Source: a virus
Lineage: Duplodnaviria > Caudoviricetes
Length of the DNA: 64,000 bases
Direction: 5' to 3' (one strand)
Virus record (IMG/VR): IMGVR_UViG_3300002835_000006
Below are positions 54,393-63,661 of the stretch, piece after piece. The translations under genes and the position numbers were made by a program. The notes under the pieces are model-generated. The model made no database searches. It had not been told where the DNA came from and worked only from the letters and a program-made list of their open reading frames with translations. How positions within the stretch are numbered: position 1 is the stretch's first letter; each line of letters begins with the position of its first letter.

Positions 54393-55531
54393 AATAAGTC
54401 ATAAATTCGATTATTTTTTATATCAAACCAAGTGAGTTTGGTTGATGTATCTTTGTGAAGAATTTCATCAAAAATACAAAATTCGAAAATATCTTGATTT
54501 AGGCAATTTAATTTCGTTAGAATATTTTTTATTTCATTCAGTCCGAATTCTAATTCAAATTTCAATGACTCGTAAAATTTCTTTTCAGGTATATAAATGT
54601 TAAAATTAGTTAGGTTATTTGGTAAAATAACTTTATGAGGGTAATCATAAGATTTGGTAAAATTAAAGTTCAGAACCAAGTCATATTCCGAAAAATTCGA
54701 CACATCTAAAAAATTCTGATTGTAATTTAATATGACTAAATTTTTTTTTGATTCAATTGGTTCAAAAAAATTATTTTGAATCATCATTATGTTCTTAGGT
54801 AATGTGCCCTCGTAGTTTTTAAAAAAGGGATGAGTATCATCCCAATACCTCAAAGTTTTTCTGAAATTATTTATATCCTCCAAGGTTATTTCCTTTTTTT
54901 CAATCAACTTAGTTTTTTTAATAATTGATTTTTCGTCACCGAATTTTGAAAAATGAAATCCCCCTTCAATTATTCTATAATGTATAGAGTAAACTACGTT
55001 TTTGTTGAAATAAAGATTTTCTATAATCTTATCGTCTCTAAGTAATTGTGAAAAGGTGAAACAAAATGTTCCCAAATGGTTTTCATTGTTTACATACTCA
55101 GTAGAACAAATGAAGTTTTTCTGTAAAAATGCAATTGGTTCAAAAGTTAAAATTTTATCAAAATCGTTCAAATTAAACTTAGGAGGTAATTCATCCACTT
55201 CAGAGAAAAGGATATAATCCTCATAGTCTAAATTCATACTTTTCAATTGATTGGAAATTACTGATTGAATTTTCGGAATTTGAAATTCAATATCAGTATT
55301 TTTGTGATGAGATTCAATGTCACACTTCAAATAAATAATTTTGTCTGACCAATTTTGAAAAAAAATTTGTTTCGTCTGATAGTTGAAATCTTTTTTTTCT
55401 CCTTCAAAATCACGGTTAGATTCAACTACTATGAAATAGTCTACAAAATCGTATAACTCCGAAAATCTGAATCTAAGCATGTCAATTTCATCGTATATGA
55501 AACAACAGTCAATAATTGATTTTTTTTTCAA
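54377..55531 (-). CDS. GT17 (MGAT3-like) glycosyltransferase domain protein
   Basis: IIDC.FIYDEIDML.FR..EL.D.VDYFIVVES...F.G..K; ILFSEVDELP; GGFHFS.FG. Confidence 0.75.
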   Translation of the reverse strand: MKKKSIIDCCFIYDEIDMLRFRFSELYDFVDYFIVVESNRDFEGEKKDFNYQTKQIFFQNWSDKIIYLKCDIESHHKNTDIEFQIPKIQSVISNQLKSMNLDYEDYILFSEVDELPPKFNLNDFDKILTFEPIAFLQKNFICSTEYVNNENHLGTFCFTFSQLLRDDKIIENLYFNKNVVYSIHYRIIEGGFHFSKFGDEKSIIKKTKLIEKKEITLEDINNFRKTLRYWDDTHPFFKNYEGTLPKNIMMIQNNFFEPIESKKNLVILNYNQNFLDVSNFSEYDLVLNFNFTKSYDYPHKVILPNNLTNFNIYIPEKKFYESLKFELEFGLNEIKNILTKLNCLNQDIFEFCIFDEILHKDTSTKLTWFDIKNNRIYDLLKNPS

Positions 55532-55599
55532 TATAAAAAAATATTAGATTGAGTTTATTGATAAAAGTATCTATTTTTAATATACAAAAATTTATAAAA

Positions 55600-56193
55600 A
55601 TGTCATCAAACTATTTTTTAGCCGACCAAAGAAATAATACCAATCATTTGAATTACTATTATTTCACAGACGGATTTACTCCTGAAGAAATAATTGAAAT
55701 AAGAAAAATTGGAGATAACGCTCCCAAAGAAAAAGGTACAACCGTATCTGACGATAAGAATATAGTAAACGAATATAGAATTAGCGATATATCTTGGCTC
55801 GGAGATAATTCAGAAACAAGTTGGATTTATAAAAAAATCTCTGATTTAGCTAAAATTGCAAACAGAGAAATGTGGAATTTCGATATTTGGGGTTATCATG
55901 ATAGTTTACAGTATACAATTTATTATGGTGATGGTGGACATTATGATTGGCATGCAGACTTAGGCCCAGGTATTTCTAACAGAAAACTTTCTGTGGTGCT
56001 TCAACTATCAGACCCAAGCGAATATGAAGGTGGTGAATTGGAAATGAACCCGGGCGGAAATTTATTGACAGTACCGAAAAAATTAGGTTTGATTTGTTTC
56101 TTTCCTTCATTTCTTTTACACAGGGTAAAACCTTTAACCTCTGGTACCAGACGTTCCTTGGTTACATGGTTGTGTGGTGCAAATTTCAGATAG
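55600..56193 (+). CDS. 2OG-Fe(II) oxygenase (prolyl-4-hydroxylase/PKHD-like)
   Basis: QYTIY; YDWHAD; RKLSVVLQLSDP.EYEGGEL; FPSFLLHRVKP.TSGTRRSLV.W. Confidence 0.9.
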   Translation: MSSNYFLADQRNNTNHLNYYYFTDGFTPEEIIEIRKIGDNAPKEKGTTVSDDKNIVNEYRISDISWLGDNSETSWIYKKISDLAKIANREMWNFDIWGYHDSLQYTIYYGDGGHYDWHADLGPGISNRKLSVVLQLSDPSEYEGGELEMNPGGNLLTVPKKLGLICFFPSFLLHRVKPLTSGTRRSLVTWLCGANFR

Positions 56194-56194
56194 A

Positions 56195-56644
56195 ATGATA
56201 AGAGAAAAAGTAACCGTAAAGGATTTTTCCACAATAGCTAAAGAGCACAAACATTATTTGTGGCATTTTGTCCAAAAAAAACAGAACAAAACAAGACTAG
56301 CGTATTATTCTTATTTTGACGAAACAAATCATTCAGGACATCCAAACCCTATGATTCCATTCGTCGATAAGTTAGATTTACCCTACTTTGAATCGTACAC
56401 TGAAGAGAGTATTGATTTTTTAATGGATACAAATATACACGGGGACAAACTTTATCGACCTATTTTTGACCCCGTTGAGTATGTTTATCGTAGACAATTT
56501 TATTCACCCATTTTTTCTTCGTTTAACCATTACAATCGAGTGAGTTGTACTTTAAACTATTGTTATTGCCCTGAGGGTTTCATTCAAGTTATTGCAGATT
56601 TAGATTTGAAGTATGTCTTGGACTTGGAGTTGAAATTAGACTAA
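56195..56644 (+). CDS. hypothetical protein (thioredoxin-like fold possible)
   Basis: Operon-coupled to oxygenase; CYC motif. Confidence 0.65.
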   Translation: MIREKVTVKDFSTIAKEHKHYLWHFVQKKQNKTRLAYYSYFDETNHSGHPNPMIPFVDKLDLPYFESYTEESIDFLMDTNIHGDKLYRPIFDPVEYVYRRQFYSPIFSSFNHYNRVSCTLNYCYCPEGFIQVIADLDLKYVLDLELKLD

Positions 56645-57222
56645 CGTTCGGTGTTAAAGAAAAACACTTGGAATAATCTACCATCATACATGTCTTTACC
56701 GAAATAATCCAAAGAGACGTGGTAATTGTCGGCTCTGTACATTACACATCTATTGAAAACATTACCTATTCTGTCAACCATTTCCCATTTTGTATAATCT
56801 TGACAATCTGAGCCCGGAGGAGCGGTCTCTTTATAACCAGGTTCATTCTCTCTTTTATAGTCGAAATGTTGCCAACCTGTGGCTTTGTGTCTGAAAATAC
56901 CTGTTCCTGAACTAAGAGGAGCGTCAGGTGTCAAATATATAAGTGCTGCCCAATCTGTTGTTGAATCAGCATGAATCCATGAACGGTCAGCAGCAACTGT
57001 ATATTGGAATGAACCGGTATATTCACCTCCCCACCATACAATATCACCTGCAAAAGGAGAAAGAATCTCTCTGAACTTATTTTTTAAAGGTTCATTCAGA
57101 AAAGAAATTGTTCTTTGACCGGGATAATTTCCTCTAACCTTGAATTCTTGTTTTAGTGCGAAGTCACGAACTTCTTGAGGATTTTCATAGAAGTTATCTA
57201 TTGTTAGTGAATTAAATCTCAT
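56641..57222 (-). CDS. DUF6445-like (2OG-oxygenase-related) protein
   Basis: IDNFYENPQEVRDFAL; GNYPGQRT; WIHAD; IYLTP.APL.SGT; FNR.VMY...YH. Confidence 0.75.
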   Translation of the reverse strand: MRFNSLTIDNFYENPQEVRDFALKQEFKVRGNYPGQRTISFLNEPLKNKFREILSPFAGDIVWWGGEYTGSFQYTVAADRSWIHADSTTDWAALIYLTPDAPLSSGTGIFRHKATGWQHFDYKRENEPGYKETAPPGSDCQDYTKWEMVDRIGNVFNRCVMYRADNYHVSLDYFGKDMYDGRLFQVFFFNTER

Positions 57223-57340
57223 TTGATAAAATTTGTTAAATAAAATATAGGTAGAAACTCGAGAAAAAAAAATATTATTTTTTTTGTGGGATATGATTTT
57301 TACTATCTTTTTAAATATTTGTATATAAATTAGTTGGTAT

Positions 57341-57643
57341 ATGGAAATCAAAGAGATAGTATCATATTTTTTGAATACAGATGCAAATATTTTAGAAGTA
57401 TCTTTCAGAACAATTGAGGATAATGAGGATGTTCTAAGAACCGATAATATTGACTACACTTTCGTGCAAGATTATGGATTTGATTTAGTTACTGAGTCTT
57501 TTGATTTTTTCGATGATGAATTTGAAGACTTGGAAGAAGGAGAATCCGAAAAAATTGAACTAGATGAGGACCAACTTGTTATATTTTTGAACGAATACTA
57601 TACAATAAATCCACAAGATTTACCTAAGGCAGATTTCTACTAA
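57341..57643 (+). CDS. acidic conserved hypothetical protein
   Basis: 100 aa, D/E-rich. Confidence 0.7.
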   Translation: MEIKEIVSYFLNTDANILEVSFRTIEDNEDVLRTDNIDYTFVQDYGFDLVTESFDFFDDEFEDLEEGESEKIELDEDQLVIFLNEYYTINPQDLPKADFY

Positions 57644-58188
57644 GGTCCTACTCTGTTTAAAGAAATTATAAGTCTATAATGCGGACCATCTTTCCCATTT
57701 GGGGCAAAATCTAAACCTGATAACTGTAAGGTTTCAAACAAATCACTATCCACTTGGAATAAAATTCTGTGGTAAGTACCTCTATCTTTTGGTTTATAAT
57801 CAAATTGGATTTTTCCAAGTGTGTAGGCATCGTAACTCCAAGGCACCCTTGAATAAAAAATTTCTTCGGGTTGTTCCCCATATTCCCATCTGTCTCTTTG
57901 TCCATTTTGTATTCTATTATGCCATACCATTTTAATACTTGCGTAATCAAAATGTAAATAAAAATTATCTATTATAATTGAATCAAATGGGTCTGGTAAA
58001 CTTGTATTGTGGAAAAGTTGGCCGGAAAGATAGGTGGTGTCTTTGGTGTTTGGTTGGGAGGTTTGAATTACGGTAAGTTTTGACACAACGTATTTACCAC
58101 TTAGAGTAAGTGTACTAATATTTGTTACATACTTCTCACAGGAAGTGAAACTTACTAAAAAAAATAGTATTAGTATTCTCAAAATCAT
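57640..58188 (-). CDS. lipoprotein
   Basis: Lipobox FLVSFTS/CEKY; LSGKYVV beta start (lipocalin-like). Confidence 0.75.
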   Translation of the reverse strand: MILRILILFFLVSFTSCEKYVTNISTLTLSGKYVVSKLTVIQTSQPNTKDTTYLSGQLFHNTSLPDPFDSIIIDNFYLHFDYASIKMVWHNRIQNGQRDRWEYGEQPEEIFYSRVPWSYDAYTLGKIQFDYKPKDRGTYHRILFQVDSDLFETLQLSGLDFAPNGKDGPHYRLIISLNRVGP

Positions 58189-58236
58189 CCTATAAATATA
58201 GAAATCAAATTTGATGAAATCAAAGTATTTATTTTA

Positions 58237-58500
58237 ATGAATTTAGACGTAGAAAACCTGATAAAATTTTTCGAAAAACACACAGTAAATTCCTCAAAAC
58301 GAGAGATGGGTGAACAAGAAGCTGGTGGTGGAGCGGGAGGTGCTGGTGGTGGAAAAGGTAATAATCCTTCCAAATGGGCAGACACTGTTGGTGGTCCAAA
58401 AAGGGGGGTTGCAAATAGTTTACCTAAGAAAGGTCAGTTTTGGGCTCAAATTCATGGAGGACCTGCCAGGGGGGTTGCAAATAAATTGGGAACCGCATGA
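58237..58500 (+). CDS. small Gly-rich protein with tandem repeat
   Basis: MGEQEAGGGAGG; two repeats W....GGP.RG.AN.L. Confidence 0.75.
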   Translation: MNLDVENLIKFFEKHTVNSSKREMGEQEAGGGAGGAGGGKGNNPSKWADTVGGPKRGVANSLPKKGQFWAQIHGGPARGVANKLGTA

Positions 58501-60239
58501 AAAACAAAAATATTTCTCCTAAAGATAGTTTGAAATCAATTCTTCTGAGGATGAATTATGATTCAAAAAAAACCTTGGCAGAAAATTTGAAATTTTTGAG
58601 TGAGCAAGCTGGAGGTGCTTGGGCGGGTACCCCTGGTGCACCTACCCCATTTATGACAAATGATGTGAATGATGTAAAAAAAGTTTATCCTCAGGATTGT
58701 GCCTTCCCTGATAAGGCTGTTCTACCGGGTACTAATAAGTACGGTTTGAAAGGTCTTGATGCCATACCTAAAAATTTCTGTGCTTATCAGAGACCGTCTA
58801 TAAATTGTGATATAGACAAGGACGTAGATAATCAAGCTACTTGGATTTTACTACCCGATTCGAGTAAAAACATTTCTTTTTTTACCACTTATGAAGATTA
58901 TGCGAGTTCTGTTGATTTGTATTTAGATGAATTATCACCTGAATCAAAAAACAAAATAAATAGGGACACCCTGATAGAAAAGTTCCAAAAAATCATACCT
59001 CCCAATTCGGTTAAACAATTCAAACTTAAAAGTGTAACCAAAGATGGGGATATAGTTGAAAAAACTTATTTACCTTACGTTTGTTATAGTGTACTTCTTG
59101 AGAAAGACCTGCCGAGTTTTATCGGTTTCAAAGGGTTTTTCGACGAACAGAATCAGCCCTTTGTTTATGCTGAAAAAAGAGATACAAGAACTGAAACAGA
59201 AAAAATTTTAGATGAATGGGAGGGAGCAATTTATTTTGCACAATTCTTGGTTGCCGTAGTGGCCACCGCTGCGTGTAATGGTTGTGCAGCTTCTATTTGG
59301 ATTGATTTGATTGTTTCCCTCGGTGTAGGTGCTGCTTATACCACGAGAAATTTTGAGAAAGGAGAAGAAGTTGATGCCGTATTGGCCGCGTTTTTCGCTG
59401 TTTTGCCTGGATTATATTTTTTCAAGGGATTAAAAGGGGTCACACCAAAAATTGCAAAGGAGTTAGAGACAAAATTTGCTAGGTCTGGTTTAACCGCTCA
59501 ATCTTCAGTCGCTCAATATAAAAATTTTACGAAAAGTTTATCCCCCGAAGCTCAAAAAGTTTTAAATAATCTTTTTAGAAATGACCAAGTTTTATTCAAA
59601 GAACTTATAAAAAAAGGAAGTGGTGGAGGTAAAGATATTGTCAAAGCAATAAACGCCAAGTTTGCCGACATGTTTGTTAGATATCCAAAATTGATAAAGG
59701 AAATCCCTGTAAGGGACAGAATTTGGTATAAAACTATGTTTTTACCTGCAGCGACCGCTTTTATTGCCGCTGCGGGGGTGAATTATAAATGGGGGTCTCA
59801 GTTGAACACAGTAGATAGTGAAAAACTTACTGATGAAGAAAAAGATAAATTAGATGGAATTTGGGAATTCATTCCTGAGGAATTGAAACAAGAAATGGTG
59901 GTGAATTTCTTTAACAAACCTGAAAATATATCACAAGTAATCAACGACCCGCAATGGAAAGGAACCGAACAAGAAATTAACGCAAACGCAAAGAAAAATT
60001 TACCTGAAGCTCTCAACTTACTTTTTGTCAAAAACAAAGTCAGAGAAATTTTTGAAAAAAACGGGTATAAGTATGAAGATTTCATGACATTAGACCAAGA
60101 AATCAAATTGTCGAAGTCTGAACTAGAGGTTTTGAAAAAAGAAGGTTGGGTTATGGCGGACGAATGGGACGATGAATCACAGGTGGACATGACACTATTT
60201 ATAAATGGTGACTTATATTATAAAATAAAGAAAAAATGA
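58497..60239 (+). CDS. large protein with central hydrophobic helices (ejection/pore protein candidate)
   Basis: LSEQ site after leader; AQFLVAVVATAAC; IWIDLIVSLGVGAAY; VLAAFFAVLPGLYFF. Confidence 0.75.
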   Translation: MKNKNISPKDSLKSILLRMNYDSKKTLAENLKFLSEQAGGAWAGTPGAPTPFMTNDVNDVKKVYPQDCAFPDKAVLPGTNKYGLKGLDAIPKNFCAYQRPSINCDIDKDVDNQATWILLPDSSKNISFFTTYEDYASSVDLYLDELSPESKNKINRDTLIEKFQKIIPPNSVKQFKLKSVTKDGDIVEKTYLPYVCYSVLLEKDLPSFIGFKGFFDEQNQPFVYAEKRDTRTETEKILDEWEGAIYFAQFLVAVVATAACNGCAASIWIDLIVSLGVGAAYTTRNFEKGEEVDAVLAAFFAVLPGLYFFKGLKGVTPKIAKELETKFARSGLTAQSSVAQYKNFTKSLSPEAQKVLNNLFRNDQVLFKELIKKGSGGGKDIVKAINAKFADMFVRYPKLIKEIPVRDRIWYKTMFLPAATAFIAAAGVNYKWGSQLNTVDSEKLTDEEKDKLDGIWEFIPEELKQEMVVNFFNKPENISQVINDPQWKGTEQEINANAKKNLPEALNLLFVKNKVREIFEKNGYKYEDFMTLDQEIKLSKSELEVLKKEGWVMADEWDDESQVDMTLFINGDLYYKIKKK

Positions 60240-62338
60240 CACGTAAAGATAAATTAGTAATAACTGAGCTCAAAAGAATCCAAGAAATAATGGGGGTAGA
60301 AAATAATTTACCTATACTTTTAGAACAGCCCAAACCGTTACTTACCGCTTTAAAAAGTATTTTTACCAACGCGGAGCCTTTGGAAAAGGGTGCAATATAT
60401 CAGCTTACACATAATGGTAAACCGTTAAAAAAATTGGCGAATGCTGAATTTCAAGAATTGAAAAGTTTGGTTTCCAAACCAAATTTCAGATTTGCCGACA
60501 TTACAGATGATGGTTTAAGATTGACTCTGAAACAAATAGTACAAAGTAATGAAGAATTACAAGCGTTAGCAGAAAAAACGATTCAAGATATAGCAAAAAG
60601 TCAGGGGAAGACTGTTTCACAATTGATGAAAGAATTCGCACAAGACTATATCGACACTAACGCAGAAAATTACACTCCCGAAGAATGGATTAAAAATAAA
60701 TTATCTACTCTTACAGTTCCTGATGGTACTGCTAGTGGTGGTCGTCGTCCTTTGAATATAGATGACGGCTCTATTGAGTTGATTGAAAATTATTTAGTAC
60801 AACAGTTGAAAAAGTATGTACCTGAAATAGAAGTGGCTGGTAGAAAAATTAGTGCCGCTTCAAACTCATGGTGGACAACAGGAACGGGTGCACAACTCAA
60901 ATCGCTTGGTAATGCCCTGTTACCATATTATTTCAAAAACCTTTGGTATAAATTTGTACCATGGGCAACAGAAATATTACCAAATAAATTGTTAAAAAAA
61001 TGGAAAATAGAAGTTCCTAGTATTGTAGACGACCTTGAAGGTCAAGTTGCTGAAATTATGAGGAAGCAACAAACCTTAGACCCACAAGGAGAGGAAATGA
61101 GTTTTGATGTATTGGAAAATTTGGACAATATGTGGGCAATAATATCACGAGGACGAAAGAGCATGATGGAACAACAATATAAACAAATGATTCAAGATTG
61201 GTTTGTAACGAATTCAGCAATTCCAAAGAAAGAATTGGAGGTATTTTTAAACAACCCGGGAGTTAAAAAGGTCTTGGAGACACCGCCAGAATATTTGACA
61301 AAAAAAATGGATTATATTTTCATGACTTATCTCAAGGCTCATGTGAAAAAAATTCCAGCTGTTGGTGCAACCCTACAAGCGATTAAAAATGCTAAAGCTC
61401 GAGGTGGAATTATGAAATCTTTTAAAGAACAAGATTTCTTTGAATTCATTCCTAGATTAAAAAATGAAATTCTCTATAAAACTCCCCTCACCAAAGCCGA
61501 AATGATGGAATTAGGTATGAGGACTACAAAAGCTGGTACAATAATAGAATTTGCCTTCATTTATTTGATTTGGGTCCCTGTAGTAGAAAATTTGATAAAA
61601 AACTATTTTGCAACAATTTATCAAAACTATTTTGTTATAGATGATTTTAACAAAGAATTAGAAAGATACAGGCAATTGTGTAAGGTCGGTCTCATAGAAG
61701 AGAATGGTAAACCTATCCCACCCTCAGAATGTAACAAAAGATTTGCGGAAATAAAAAGAACAACATGGGATGGTATGATTGAAAATGTAAAAGCTAATTA
61801 TCCTTTTAGAGCTTACATTAGGGACGTAAAAGAAGGTTTTGGAGAGGGTATACCAGAAGGGTTGTGGAACCTTTTATTAAATCCGGCCACAAGGATTGAT
61901 GAGTTATACAGTGCACTTAAAAAGTCTGTAAGTGAAGGGGAAAGTGTTATTCCATTTGAGCGTTGGAAAGATGAGGCATTGGAACCTTTCGAGCCCATAA
62001 GAGAGGATATGGAAAAACAACTTAGAAGTCTAGGTTTACCGGTGGACAATGAAAAAGAATTAGATGCTGCAACGGCCGAACTAATTAGAAAACAGGAAAA
62101 AGAAAATCCTGAGCTCAGATATATGTCAGGAAACCTTAAAGAAAATTTAGTAGATTTTAAAAAGTTTCTAACAACTCCACCTAATACTATGACAATGTCT
62201 TCTTTGACTAATGCTGCGGAAATGACAGATAATGTTGGAAAATATTATTTAATCGATAAAACAAAACCGGTCGATATTTACGACAACCCTAAATTCAGAT
62301 TTTTTGAAGGAACGTTTACACAAGATTATGCAAACTAA
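60236..62338 (+). CDS. large helical leader-bearing protein with TM-like segment
   Basis: ELKRIQEIMG leader, LLEQ site; IIEFAFIYLIWVPVV. Confidence 0.8.
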   Translation: MTRKDKLVITELKRIQEIMGVENNLPILLEQPKPLLTALKSIFTNAEPLEKGAIYQLTHNGKPLKKLANAEFQELKSLVSKPNFRFADITDDGLRLTLKQIVQSNEELQALAEKTIQDIAKSQGKTVSQLMKEFAQDYIDTNAENYTPEEWIKNKLSTLTVPDGTASGGRRPLNIDDGSIELIENYLVQQLKKYVPEIEVAGRKISAASNSWWTTGTGAQLKSLGNALLPYYFKNLWYKFVPWATEILPNKLLKKWKIEVPSIVDDLEGQVAEIMRKQQTLDPQGEEMSFDVLENLDNMWAIISRGRKSMMEQQYKQMIQDWFVTNSAIPKKELEVFLNNPGVKKVLETPPEYLTKKMDYIFMTYLKAHVKKIPAVGATLQAIKNAKARGGIMKSFKEQDFFEFIPRLKNEILYKTPLTKAEMMELGMRTTKAGTIIEFAFIYLIWVPVVENLIKNYFATIYQNYFVIDDFNKELERYRQLCKVGLIEENGKPIPPSECNKRFAEIKRTTWDGMIENVKANYPFRAYIRDVKEGFGEGIPEGLWNLLLNPATRIDELYSALKKSVSEGESVIPFERWKDEALEPFEPIREDMEKQLRSLGLPVDNEKELDAATAELIRKQEKENPELRYMSGNLKENLVDFKKFLTTPPNTMTMSSLTNAAEMTDNVGKYYLIDKTKPVDIYDNPKFRFFEGTFTQDYAN

Positions 62339-63659
62339 TATAAAAAAACTAATAGTCGAACAAATAGTTTATCCTCCGTGTGACCCCGTTGACCCTCCTA
62401 CCGATTTCACCGATGAAGAATGGGCAGGGTCAGGAAGACCGCCTGTAAGAAGTGGTTGTGCTCCGTGTAAAAAAGGAACTAAAATCTTCATAAGATGTAA
62501 GGCTTCTGTACAACCACCAATCGACGACAAATATGTAGGTGTGTATGTTAAAAAAGGATTTGGAATTATTCAGGATTTCAAAGTCAAATTCAAACAATTT
62601 AGAAATCAGTTGAAAATGACAATGGGTGGTGGTCAATACGTACTTACCAAATCAACCAACACTGAAGATGTTTTTTGGAATCAAACTTTTGGAATCGATG
62701 TTACTTTTGATTTTACTGAGGACCCACCTCAAGCTATTATAAATTTATCTACACCGAACGCTAGTGTTCTTACAACTTTGGAAGGTGCAAACGTAGTTCG
62801 TCTTATGGCACCACCTCCAGTCGGTCAAGGTAGTGAAATAACTGTTACAAAAACTGATGAATCCGTCAACCCTGCAGCAGAGGACTCCGCAGTTTGGAAT
62901 TGTGTGAAAACCGCTCTTGATAATTCGGGTGCAATAATGATGGGAACAAGTCTAAAAGGTGATTATAAATATTTTCCTGTAGATACCATTTATGAGGGTG
63001 AAGAAACTGATTTTTATTTGTACAAGAACTATAAAGCTGAATGGAAGACTTCAGATTCCATGAAAACAATAAAAACAGGTAAATGGGAATGTACTGAAAA
63101 TAATAAAGGATTTAAAATTACATGGGATGATGGTAAAGTTGAAAAATTTCCTGTTAGGGCTCGAATATCTGGTGATGAAAATGAAGATAATAATCAAGAT
63201 GATGGTTCAGACGGAGGAGAAAATCAATCAAAGATAAAAAATTGTCGTTCGTTTGTAACTGAACCAAATGAGAAAGATATTTTGAGTGGAAGAAAACAAA
63301 TAAAAAAATGTATGAAAGGTCCGATTATTGCAAGTATACAAAAAATGCCTGTATTTCAATCATACCTTTTTGATGTGCTAAGAGGAAATAAACAACCTGA
63401 AGTTACCGATGAATTTTTCGGACCTTATATGGAAAAGGCAATCAAAATTTATCAAAGTACAAACGGATTATATTCGTTAAACAGAACTTTAAGTGGTACC
63501 ATAGATAAAAAAACATATGAACTTCTTTTATCACAAAATAAAAATAGACCAGGACCTGAACCTGAACCACCGAAGCCCGCACCTAAACCTGAACCTAAAC
63601 CTGCTCCAGCGCCAGAACCTCCAAAACCAAAATTTGCTGACGAAAAAACAAAATTTTAA
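62328..63659 (+). CDS. leader-bearing protein with peptidoglycan-binding-like domain and Pro-rich tail
   Basis: IKKLIVEQ; D.FFGPYMEKAIKIYQ..NGL....G.ID..T; PEPKPAP repeats; ends FADEKTKF. Confidence 0.75.
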   Translation: MQTNIKKLIVEQIVYPPCDPVDPPTDFTDEEWAGSGRPPVRSGCAPCKKGTKIFIRCKASVQPPIDDKYVGVYVKKGFGIIQDFKVKFKQFRNQLKMTMGGGQYVLTKSTNTEDVFWNQTFGIDVTFDFTEDPPQAIINLSTPNASVLTTLEGANVVRLMAPPPVGQGSEITVTKTDESVNPAAEDSAVWNCVKTALDNSGAIMMGTSLKGDYKYFPVDTIYEGEETDFYLYKNYKAEWKTSDSMKTIKTGKWECTENNKGFKITWDDGKVEKFPVRARISGDENEDNNQDDGSDGGENQSKIKNCRSFVTEPNEKDILSGRKQIKKCMKGPIIASIQKMPVFQSYLFDVLRGNKQPEVTDEFFGPYMEKAIKIYQSTNGLYSLNRTLSGTIDKKTYELLLSQNKNRPGPEPEPPKPAPKPEPKPAPAPEPPKPKFADEKTKF

Positions 63660-63661
63660 TT

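Noticed and set aside
711-63069. Many antisense or nested ORFs in the track (e.g. 711+, 2821-, 8714-, 34370+, 39797+, 53684-, 59798-)
   Set aside because: They lie wholly within better-supported genes on the other strand or frame, and show no motifs or upstream promoter signals.
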